20,000 nucleotides of DNA, taken from assembly GCA_051942205.1 (NCBI GenBank), contig JAVECO010000111.1:57899-77898 (forward strand), written 5' to 3'. Each line of letters starts with the position of its first letter. Positions within the stretch are counted from its first letter, which is position 1. The position numbers and the translations under genes are program-made. The notes beneath the pieces were generated by a model. It worked only from the letters and a program-made list of their open reading frames with translations, made no database searches and was not told the DNA's origin. Shown here piece after piece: positions 1-10,242 of the stretch. Source of the DNA: Coniocarpon cinnabarinum. Its lineage: Eukaryota.

Positions 1-388
1 AGTGATGCACGTCGTCATCGATGACAATGCCTTGTTCATCATTGTGAGCGCCTTTTCTTGTGAGGATAGATTTGAAAATGTGAGTAGTATCATATCCCCT
101 AGTTTGAGCGTGGCTCCGATCCCAAGGCCTTAGAATCCAGCTGCTGAGACAAAGTGGGTGGGAGTTGGTGAGTAGGGTTAGGGGAAGATTCGGCAGCAAG
201 GTCACGTGAGTTCGTAACGAGGCTTGCAAAGCATGTTGCTTCATGGGCGAGATGTCTTGCATATCAGACGCTGCGATTGGATGTAGCTCAGTCAGTCTAA
301 AGGAACGAAGGTGGCGTGTGACTATTCTTCGTTCGTGGAACATGATACTAACGATGCAATGACCTACCAGTGTAAATGCAAAAGATCG

Positions 389-1382
389 TCATCTTCCGCA
401 CATCCTCTCCCACGGTCTCTCCCTCACCAATCTTTTCGAAGCACCAAGTCCATTTGACCCAGTTGCAATCATGTTCAACCAAGCTCCCAACCGATACCCA
501 CCCTTGGCAATCTGCTGTGTAAAGATAGCAATTGCATTCTGGTAATACGCTCCACCCAGATCTGTCCCCTCAACCGCACTCTCCCCACCCTTGAGAACCG
601 TGCTGCACACAAAAGTATTCGCATCCTGCGCAAAGCGCAACGCCGTACCCTGCGCATCGCTCAAATCCATGCCAGCAATCCAACCCGCCGCATCAGACTT
701 GTATGCCCCGCTCTTGATTTCAGTGGTAAGGTTGGAAGCCCAACTTCGCGCATCGTCGAGCGCGTATCCGCCTACGAGTTTCTCAGGCATATTGGTGTCC
801 CAAATGTGGTGCAGATTTGTCTTCTCCCCATCGAACGTGACGTCGATGTCATTGCCGCCGACTTCTTCGGCTTCGTCGTGGAGAGGCTGAGTGACGTCGC
901 CGAAGAAATGAACGAGGAATTCGAGGGCTTGTTTAGTGTGGTCCGCGGAGAGGCGGCCGTCCTGAACACGTTGAGTCTGTCATCACGCGCTTGTCAGTCG
1001 TCATTCAATTGATGATCAGGAGGAGTAGGCGTGTTGTGAAACTCACGAAGTTGGCAATGGCGCTAACGCTGCAACCTTCAGCGGGGCAGTCCCGCTCGAA
1101 GTCGACGCTGCAGCTGGAAGGAGGACTATCTTCGGCGTCGATGAAATGCAAGGGCGTGCTCCAACTGCCTTCGTCGGTGTAGCGATAGCTGTCTGCCCAG
1201 CTGGCGATGGACGCGAGATAGGTGTCGTTGTGGATGTCAAGGATGTCTTGGGCCCATGTGACGGTCTGATCTTCGAGGAAGTTTTGTGCGATGAAAGCCA
1301 CAGTGGCGTGGCCGAGTGAGCCCCATGCGCGCACAGCTGGCAGCGCAGAGGCCGCGATCGCGGCATAGGCGATTGCGTGCAT
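389..1382 (-). CDS. Secreted S1/P1-family nuclease (Zn-dependent, phospholipase C/P1 nuclease fold), 2 exons: 1382-1047 and 976-389, about 307 aa
   Basis: Signal peptide MHAIAYAAIAASALPAVRA is followed by the mature N-terminus WGSLGH (Zn-binding W1/H6). Other family motifs: ASWADSYR, LHFIDAEDSPPSSC, DCPAEGCSVSAIANF, FLVHFFGDVTQPLHDE, GGN, NLHHIWDTNMPEKL, QIAKGGYRLGAWLN. The intron at 1046-977 (GTGAGT...GACTGAC...ACAG) is phase 0 and joins ORF 1005..1382 to the frame of ORF 389..790. Confidence 0.95.
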
Positions 1383-2679
1383 TATTGCCTTTCAGCGTCG
1401 GCGGCAGCGGGCTTCAGTGTCAGTAAGGGTGTCCACCGCGCAACCATCGTCAGACAAGACAACGGATTCGACATGTCTTATGGAGATGGTTAGATATCGT
1501 CACTTATCTAGCATTCGCATTAGCTGAACAAAGGATGAAACCTCGACGTGACCATGGTAGCTTGACTGTTTACAGTGGAGCAGCATGCGCTCTGCACGGG
1601 ATCTGGTCATTGGATGGGAGTCACGCAGGTGGATAAGAAAGCAGGCTCGCAAGCGCGCTGGCCGGCCGATCATGATGCATTGTAGTAGGTGCTTGTTTGC
1701 ATGGGGCGAACGCGAAGCGCCATTGGATGCTGTGTTTATCAAGTGTTCCTGGGGCTCGTTGGCACGATGCAACGTCCGATCTTGGTTACGGACAATGGCA
1801 AGAAACGAGCTCGGTTTGTACAAAGACTGCAAGTAAGAGATGACACAGCCAGCAAGCGTCTTATATGATTCCGGCAGATGCATGCGTGGCATGAGAACCT
1901 TGATAGACCCAAGTATTCCGAGGACACCAAGTAGGAGCAAGTGCTTGCTGACGCGCTGTTGTGATTGGAAGCCTGCGGGAGGGCGCGTTCTTGGATCTTG
2001 GCAAAAGCACGGTGTGGCCTTGCATTTTAGGCGACAACAGAACACTCTGGACTGGATCAACTCTTACCAGTGTCGTTTAGGTTTGAAAGTGATGAATGTA
2101 TTTGATCATGCAGTATGAAGCTCGAACTGATCGTAATCTTTCAACGCGTTTAGCCTCTGAGGCGTAAGTCGAAAAGATTTAGTCACGTGCAACTTGGAGT
2201 AGCAGCCGAATCATCGTGGCAGCTACAGCCGGCGGCTCGTCGGAGGTGTCTCGGTGCCATTGTCACTGCTAATCTATCTTACTCCGTATCGATTGACTTT
2301 CCATGACCCCTGTCTGTGTCAACGATCTCGGTAGGTCGCCGAATCCTGTGTTTCATGTTGACACTCGGTCACTTCTGTCATGTCATGCAGAGCCATGCAG
2401 AATCGTTGCATTCGAGGACATGTCAGTCAATTGAATGGGCTGGGACAGGAATACAGAGGCGAAGATGAGCTGTCTTTCCATCAACAGCTACCATGACTTT
2501 ATAATATTTTGACCTCGTCTTGGCTGCGAACTCATATGTGCTTGAATAGCTTCTGTGGCGTCTCTTATTGACATGAGTCCCTTTGCGAGCTGCGATTATC
2601 AACGCTACTGGAGACACTCCAGAATGGCGTCGGATCCTGCTCCAAATATGCCCTGCAAGCAGCTAAGCTTCCGCCGAAG

Positions 2680-3255
2680 ATGACTGACACGCACGTGTTT
2701 TTCTTTGGCTACGAAGGCCCGGAACCTGAAAATGAATTCCAGCAATGGTATCCGGCCTCGTTTGTAGATGCGTCCACGTCTCTACCTGCCACGTTCCAGA
2801 CCACTGAACATTTTATGATGCACCATAAAGCTCTGCTAATGGGCGACAAAGAGGTGGCCGATCGAACGGTGCAAGCAGCGACGCTCGCAGAGGCCAAAGC
2901 ACTTAGGTGTGGAGTGTAGAATTCCAGACAAGCAGGTATCGCTTTTCAGTAATCCCAACGGCGCTTTCATACTCACTCTGCAAATTTCATAGTACGTACG
3001 GGATGCTAACTGCGACCGGGTGGTGGAAGATGGCAATTTCTTGAAGTTCAGTCAGAACGAAGACTGCAGTCGTTGCTTGGCACCGGTACTCGTGATATCC
3101 TCGAGGCGAGCCCCAACGACAGAATTTGGAATATGGGTTTCAACGCAACGGATGCTGAAGATAAAGAGAGTGATTGGGTAGCGAATAAAATGGGTGAAGC
3201 TTTGATGCGCGTCCGAAAGAGGCTTGGCAGAGTACGACCGCCAGCTTCAAGTTGA
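2680..3255 (+). pseudogene. NADAR / YbiA (DUF1768)-family N-glycosidase pseudogene
   Basis: Family motifs FFFGY..FQQWYPASF, FQTTEHFMMHHKALLMGD, AEAKAL, VVEDGNFLKFSQN, LLGTGTRDILEASPNDRIW..GF and NKMGEALMRVRKRL are spread over more than one frame. There is an in-frame TAG at 2917-2919 and a probable intron at about 2936-2992 (GTATCG...ATAG). A frameshift at about 3060-3072 separates 'KFSQNE' (frame of 3002) from 'LLGTGTR' (frame of 3073). Confidence 0.85.
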
Positions 3256-3270
3256 AAGGGGGGGGTTCAT

Positions 3271-4041
3271 TCAGGAAGGTGTCGGCTTGCTGGCGCGTGC
3301 CAGAAATACCGATTTCTTGATCTCATTGCCATGCATGTGCATGTCAAATTCGCCAGGGACACGATGGTAGCCAACGTCTACCAAGCCTTCTCCCTCAAAG
3401 AGCTGCTTCATGCTTGCATCGCTGAAACCATGTGCAGTAATACCAGCTTTGAATGGTAGGTGTCCGCCGTCCTCGCAGAAATCTACGATAAGTAATACAC
3501 CTCCAGGCTTCAAGCGTTCCGCTAGGCGCCCAATGCACAATCCGGGATTCTCGAAATGATGGAAGCCAAAGCCAATGGCGGCAACATCAAAATCGAAGAA
3601 GTTGCGCTCGTCAAAGTTCTTAGATCCTTCCTCAGTGAACAAATTTCCTACAAAAGCTGAGATTTTCATGCCCGGCACAGGGTAAGACTCCATCTGTGCT
3701 TGGTATTGATCGATCATGGCCGGCGATATGTCAATCGCTACGGCTTCCGCACATCTCGAGGCCAAGGCCCTTGAGATCATGCCGGGCCCTGAGGCATAGT
3801 CAAGAAGCCGACGATCTCTGCGCGCATTGTGACTGTGCTCATGGGGAAAGATGAAATGGATCTGATCTTGGATTGCGCGCGTCACTGCGGTGTTCAGCTG
3901 CTTCTGCCATGGCTGCGAGTTGTACCGCTCAGCTAGCTCGCTAAACATGATCAGCGTACAGAGACCACGTTGGAAAGTGTGTGTCCATACTCACTTGAAG
4001 TATTCTTGATTGCGTTGCTCAATTGGTGTCGAGCTGGCCAT
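3271..4041 (-). CDS. Class I SAM-dependent methyltransferase, 2 exons: 4041-3995 and 3940-3271, about 238 aa
   Basis: Motif I LLDYASGPGMIS, motif II AIDISPAMI, then FDVAAIGFGFHHF and RLKPGGVLLIVDF. Exon 1 MASSTPIEQRNQEYF(N) is joined through a 54-nt intron at 3994-3941 (GTGAGT...GCTGAT...TTAG); the spliced length of 717 nt is divisible by 3. Substrate cannot be inferred. Confidence 0.9.
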
Positions 4042-5929
4042 CACGAATGCGGATAGAGCTTCTCTGGACTCGGAGCGCTCGGAAAGTCTAGCACGATGCT
4101 GATTCACCAGATATTCCGCGACCAGACATTACTTGTTCTTCTCTTTTATAGACCCCAGCGGCGACATTGGCTGCTTGTGCGGTCACATTGCGGAGGGTTG
4201 TATTGTAAAGTCGCCGTGCCTCAGTGAGCACCTCCACGAGCTTGGACCACTGAACGTCAGAGTAGCCAGAAATGGAGCTGGACTAGCGTGGAGATGACCG
4301 TAGGACGGAAAAAAGCTTGGCTCGCGGACTCACCAGCTGGAGAGCAAAAAGCTCCCGCCAGGCTTCTCCGTCTTTCTCTCTCGCGCTCGACCCCGGCCAC
4401 TAAGCTCCACTTCTTTTGTTGAGACACTAATCAGATGCGTCCACGCGTACCCTCCAGACAGGTTACTCGTCTCGTCTATTGTGTATCAATGACGTCCTGT
4501 GTACGCCCCGAGCCATCTTGACACGCACGAGACTGGACGCATTGGCTGCGTTCAGCGTGAACATTGTTTCAGCAGCTTTAACGCGTGAGGGAGGAGCTTC
4601 GGTGCAGCATGCGCCATGCAGCCGGCGTCCACGGTGCCCTGAACGGCCGCAGATAAGATAGCAGCCAGTCCATACAACAAGTGTCAGACGCGCGGTGATT
4701 GGCTTCGTCAGCCAAATGAGCAGATCCCAGCTTCAGGCAATTTGGCCCCCTCAATCCTGACGCTGGCTGCTGTGCCGCAGAGGTACGGAGTACCTTTGTG
4801 CGTGTCTCAAGACTGTCACATCTCGTGTGCAAGATCCACGGGTCGTGACAGGAACGCCGTCAGCCGTCAGCCCCGCCGCGTTGACGACATGCTTGCTTGA
4901 GCAAGCCCCTCTCGACGCTGCCAGCAGGTGCTGTATCCACACAACAAACCACGCGCGACGGCTTTTGGGGATGGTGCTTGGGAGTGGACGAGGAGATTGC
5001 ATGGCTCCAAGGGCCGAAGTGCGCGATTATGCAGCATGCTGAATCATGGCCGCCGGACGACGAGGGAGGCCACGGCACCTGTTCGGGCGTGAGCTTGAAA
5101 GCTTACTCTGTGCGCGTCTGGGGAAAGCTCGAGAGCTGTGCAGAGCTGGAAAGCCATCGCAATGCAATACCAATGGGGGAACACGCGAGAACTGCCACGA
5201 CGCGCGCACCGTCGCACGGCATGCTGTCCTCCCGACTGCCATCTGGCTGGCTTGCAGGATGATGTGCTGGCACCCCTGACGCTCAGGGCAGACTCCGGCG
5301 CTGGAACATCTATACGCGATGCGCGGACAATAGTGTAAATCACAGTTTGGGCCTCTTTTTGGGCTGCTCAGAGCTTTATTTAGTCGCACGGGGGGTCTGG
5401 CTTGCGCGATCGTCTCCGGAAGGCTTTAACCTCCGAGAAAGTTGGAAGAAGGCTTCGTTAGGGGGAAGGGTTGCTTGCCGTTTTTGAACAATGGGAGGAT
5501 CAAAGCGGTAAGATGGTCGTGAGGCTGTGTAAAGCCCAAGTGTAAGATGGAGGACAAACGATCGCCGGCGTTGCGGGCGAATGGCGAGGGGACATTGCGC
5601 GCCAGCAGTAAACCCCAACGCCCAACGCCCACGACCGCCCAAAACCGCCCAAACCGCCCGCCGACCGCTGAGGCAATAAGGGCTCATCTGCTAATCTGTG
5701 ACTCTTGGAGGAGCGCCGGGCACTACCCGCTATCACCCGCAGGCGCCCCCCGTTTCATCTTTTCATAATACCACCAGTCCCCCCTTTGCGCTGTCACGTA
5801 TCTGCCCACCGGCCCCTGCGCTGGGATTCACACACTTCCGGGATTGGACGAGTCGCGTCGCCGCCCCCGCTCCAGGAAAAAAGGGACCAACAGTTTGTAT
5901 GGGCAGCCACTGCCGGGGGACGAATGCCC

Positions 5930-6550
5930 CTACCCTTTTTTTCTCCCTCGTCACGACAATCATGTCGCTCCTCCAGCACTAATCCACCCTTGTCTGCTCG
6001 TCCTCTCCCTCCATTCGCCTTGCCCTCTGCCCTTCGCCTCTGCCTTTTCTCTTCCCTCAGTCGTCGTGGGAGTTGGAGTGGTCCCTTAATTCGCACACCT
6101 GCCTACCTACCTATCCGCTCGCTGCGAGAGCGGCAATTCCTCCTTCTCTCCATCTCCGCCCGTTACAAAGTACCTCCTCCCACCGTCCCTCGTCCCTTCC
6201 CACCACCTCCCTTGTCCACCCCCTTCGCTTGCTCTCTTTGTGATCAATCCTCGATCCGAGAAAGAGCTCGCCGCTGGAGAAGCTGAGCGTGGCAGGCCGT
6301 CGGAGTGGTGCTTTTTATTCGCCCAGTCTTCGTTTAATACATTTCACCCTCACGCTCGTTACCTCGAGTCCGTCCGGTACTTCCGTCGCTTGTCCAATTT
6401 TCAACACCGGAAAACTCGTCTCAATCTTAAAGAACCCATCAATTGCTCGACGCTCAGCACGTCGGCACATATCTGGGCTCTTCCCCTGATCAACCTCAAG
6501 CCACTGGTGCCTAATCTCCCAGTCGGCCCCACGAGCGTCAACATTCAACC
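5930..6550 (+). promoter_or_regulatory. Pyrimidine (CT)-rich core promoter / long 5' leader of the Pam1/Svl3-like gene
   Basis: Extended C/T-rich tracts (5930-6240), typical of fungal TATA-less promoters and 5' UTRs. No ATG occurs between 5983 and the start codon at 6551. Confidence 0.5.
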
Positions 6551-9161
6551 ATGCCTCCGCACTCATCGAACACGAGATTGCGTGTGCTTTCGGGTACGTT
6601 CGCTGTACATACAAGACCAGCAAGAGAAGGGACTTACAGGTCTTATACATCCATCGCATAGCTCTTGAGTGCTCACTGCGCCGAGATGTGATTGTGATTG
6701 GAATTTGCCGTCTTTTGTTATGCACAATGGAAAAGTCTCAAAGCTAACCTCATCCGCTACAGTTGGTGGAAATGCTATTTCAGCCTTCCTCTCATGGCGA
6801 CTGTCGGCCACCAATGCCTGTGATGTCACACTTGTTTGGAAGTCAGGATTTGACAGCGTTGCGCAATATGGCATTTCATTCAAGTAAGCTAATTGCTTTT
6901 ACACACGATTCGCTTCCGCGACTGACCTCTTCTCCAGGTCCTCCAAATTTGGCATGGAGCGCTTCAAGCCAAGACTAGGTATGGAGCCTTTCATGTTCAC
7001 CGCCAATGTAGTTGAATTCTCAGCTTACACTTCGCAGTCGTCCGATCTCCAGAGGAAGCCGCTCAGTCTCAAAGAGGCTCATACGACTATGTCCTCCTGT
7101 GTATCAAAGCGTTGCCGGACGTCTACGATCTCGCCTCGGTGATTGAACCTGTCGTCACTCCTCAGCATACTTGCATTCTCATCAATACCTCTCACGCACT
7201 TGGCATCGAATCTTTAATTGAAAAGCGCTTCCCAGCCAATGTCGTCTTGTCCTTGGTTTCGGCAGCCGACCTTTCGCAGACTGGACCGGCCGAATTTGAG
7301 CATAACGGCGATTCTCAGCTTTGGGTTGGGCCAGCTAATGTTAATCCTGAAATACCAGCCGTAATTCAGAGTGACATGGCAGCAGCACTTGCCATGACCC
7401 TCAACACCGGACAGATCGACTGCCAAACATCGAAAAATATTCAGCAGCAGCAGTTTGAGCGTATGGTTGGGTAAGTCGGATACACGTGGCCATGCTGCTG
7501 ACAAAGCTGACTGTTGTCTCCAAAGTCCCATTGCCTTCCACACGACAAGTGTGCTCTTTGAGCAGCCCAACCACGTAGAGCTTCTAGGCATGACTGGCGT
7601 CCGAGATCTCATTTCCGATGCTATTGATGAAATTCTTCAGCTCGCGGAAGCCAGAGGATGTTCCTTCGGGCCTGGTTTTAAGGAAAAGGTGATGGAGGAG
7701 ATGCTCACAGCAAAGGAAGGTAACAGCATCATGTATCAAGACTACGCCGCCCGAAGGCCCATGGAGATCGAGTCGTACCTCGGAGCACCAGTCAAAATCG
7801 CCCAAGAAGCAGGCGTCAAGATCCCTCGTGTGGAAACACTCTACGCGCTCCTTCACCACATCAACATTGCCAACCAGAAGAAACCCCTCGAGGCTCCGCC
7901 AGCTACACCTGGACCTGCAATGACACCTCGTGCTCAACCTCCAACTCCTCGTGGTCCTCCCCCGCCAGGAGCAGGCCCTGTTGGCCCACCACCTCACATG
8001 CGGCCGCGTGGAGGCAGTAGAGCTCCCTCTATGCAGGGTCCGCCCCCACCACCGATGCGAAGAGGGCCGCCGCCGGGCCAAAATGGATACCCTCCTCCAG
8101 GGCACGGTATGCCTCCACCACGCGGTGGGCCCCCAATGCAACGCCGACCGTCTATGGAAGGCAACGACCTGGACGAGTTTAGCCACCTCATGCTGTATGA
8201 CAATGATGGCCCAGCTGGTGACGGATACGGTCAAGGCCCAAATTCTGACATTGCTTATCGTGAGCGCGAGCTTGCCCTGCGGCAGAAAGAGCTCGCCCTC
8301 CGTGAGCGTGAAATGAGCATGCGTGGACCCGGGCGTGCCCGCCCTCCACCATCCCACATGGGCGACTTTGACGAAGAGGAAGGCGAGGATGACTACTTCG
8401 ATCCAATGGCCTACCGCGGTCCTCCTGTCAACCCCGACGATGTCGACATGATGAGCATCACATCTCGTCGCAACCGCAAAACGCCAAGCATGAACCAGCT
8501 GCGCCAGAATCCAGAGTCCATGCCACCGCCCGTGGGTGGCAACCGGCGCAGCAATGTGTTTGGCCGCCCACGCGTGGCGGGCCGTAACCGTCAAAGCTCA
8601 CAGATGGTCGAGATGAACTCCTCGAGCTCCGGCAACGTGTTGGATAATCCTCTCTTCGGCTACTCCTCTGATCGTTTCGCAGGGTTTGACAGAGCGACGC
8701 TCGGTCGTGAAGGACGTGATTCTCGAGCCGGCTCTCTGACCAGTGCTCGCCTCAATGAATTGGGTGCCCAAGGCTACAACGGCTATCCTCCCATGAGCCG
8801 ACGCACAAGTCAGTCTCCCAACACATCAGGGCCCGGGCCTTCACCTGGCTATCCGCCACACGGCATGGGCCCAAACGGCATGGTCCCCAATGGGCGCCCT
8901 TCTCCTCCAAGTATGAGGCAGCCGACTCCTCGACACCCTCCAGGTCATGGTAATTCAGTGGCACCACAACAAGTTGAAAATCGAGCTGGGGTGAGCAATC
9001 TTTATCCCCCCAAACCAGGTCAAGTTCGCAGTCTGACTGGAAGCGCGAGCGCCAGCGCTGGGAGCGGTGATAGTGGACGCAGCGCACAGGTTTCTTCTGA
9101 AAATTCTGCTTTCAGCAGTCAAAGCAGCCTCGGTCCTCGCCCTCCAATTGGCGTCCGATAA
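6551..9161 (+). CDS. Ketopantoate reductase (ApbA/PanE)-fold protein with long low-complexity C-terminus, Pam1/Svl3-like; 5 exons 6551-6593, 6763-6883, 6938-6978, 7038-7470, 7526-9161; about 757 aa
   Basis: The spliced product reads MPPHSSNTRLRVLSVGGNAISAFLSWRL...YDYVLLCIKALPDVYDL...ILINTS..LGIE...FERMVGPIAF...SIMYQDYAARRPMEIE, an ApbA N+C domain pattern. It continues into a Pro/Gly/Arg/Met-rich region with a short coiled coil (RERELALRQKELALREREM). The introns have GTACGT/GTAAGC/GTATGG/GTAAGT donors and CTAAC/CTGAC-like branch sites. Exon sum 2274 nt = 758 codons. Confidence 0.88.
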
Positions 9162-10242
9162 ATGGGTTTTCGAGCACGATGCAGTCGCTGGGCCCCGCAC
9201 TACTCTGCAAAGTCCATTCACGAATCCTTTCCATATTTATACAGCGCCCGCTGCATACGATTGCGTTCCTGTTAGATTTTGATCAACATCGATCATTGCA
9301 TTTTGGTGGATATTATCCTCACGGCATGACATAATACCCGGAACAGCCTACCTGCAGCATTTTGCCGTCGTACGATTCTTTCTCTTACGATTTCATCGAT
9401 TCTAGGCGTCTCGTCAACTCGGAACAATCATTCTCAATTGGGCATTGGCTCACATCACGGACTCAAAAATTCAAGACGTTCATTAAGACCTCACGTTAGC
9501 AATGGTGAAAGCCAATGAGGACACGTACCCGGCGCTTGTACGGTCAGGGTTGACAGTTGATGTTTCTTTTTTTTTTCCAGGCACCGCCTGTCATCTTGGA
9601 CTTCGTCAAGCGACATGGATCGGGCTGGCTAATGACAGCTCGTACCTAGACGCATGCAACCTCCATGTTTCAGCATCGATACCTAAAGTTGTAATGAAAG
9701 TGCATTACGGGGCAAAGGGTGATACTATCGAGGCGTCCCGGGTTGTCTAAAAGGAGATCGAGGTATACATAATGCGGAGGAACAGAGCAGTGCAGAACTG
9801 TTGATGAGGGGATGGTGTTCAGGTGCTTAGCTTTCCACGCTCGGCTTCCTGTACACCTGAGGACATCAGTGCATGTTATCTACACTCGCAGGTCACCAAT
9901 CTGCGAGGGTGGAGGCTACAAAAGGACCAAGTATGCGCATAGTCGGCAGTGAACATCTGAATGAAAAGTCACATTGCCGTATCTGTTTGAAAGAACATTT
10001 TCAATTGTGTCTATAATTGCGCGTTCGTTTTCGTCAGCTAGGGCGGGCAACCTCAATTGAATGAACCTGGAATGGAAGCTCACCTAAAGCTGTCGATAAC
10101 TCCACCCTGCCTACATATTGCTTTAGGTATCTGCTCTTGCTGTATACGGAAAGCGAAGATGCAGCTTGCCATGTGGTGTGGAATGACTACCGACTACAAT
10201 AAGGCACAATTATACAAGTTTGCTTTATATCCACCCTTCAAG

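Noticed and set aside
1500..2118. 186-aa minus-strand ORF and overlapping ORFs upstream of the nuclease
   Set aside because: No recognisable domain, random-looking composition, and non-ATG starts for some; most likely promoter/intergenic DNA.
4479..6725. Many overlapping 60-190-aa ORFs on both strands
   Set aside because: Expected by chance in GC-rich, stop-poor promoter/leader sequence; no motifs or coherent gene structure.
7584..8594. 336-aa antisense ORF, and similar antisense ORFs at 10758-11743
   Set aside because: Shadow frames of GC-rich, codon-biased real genes on the opposite strand.
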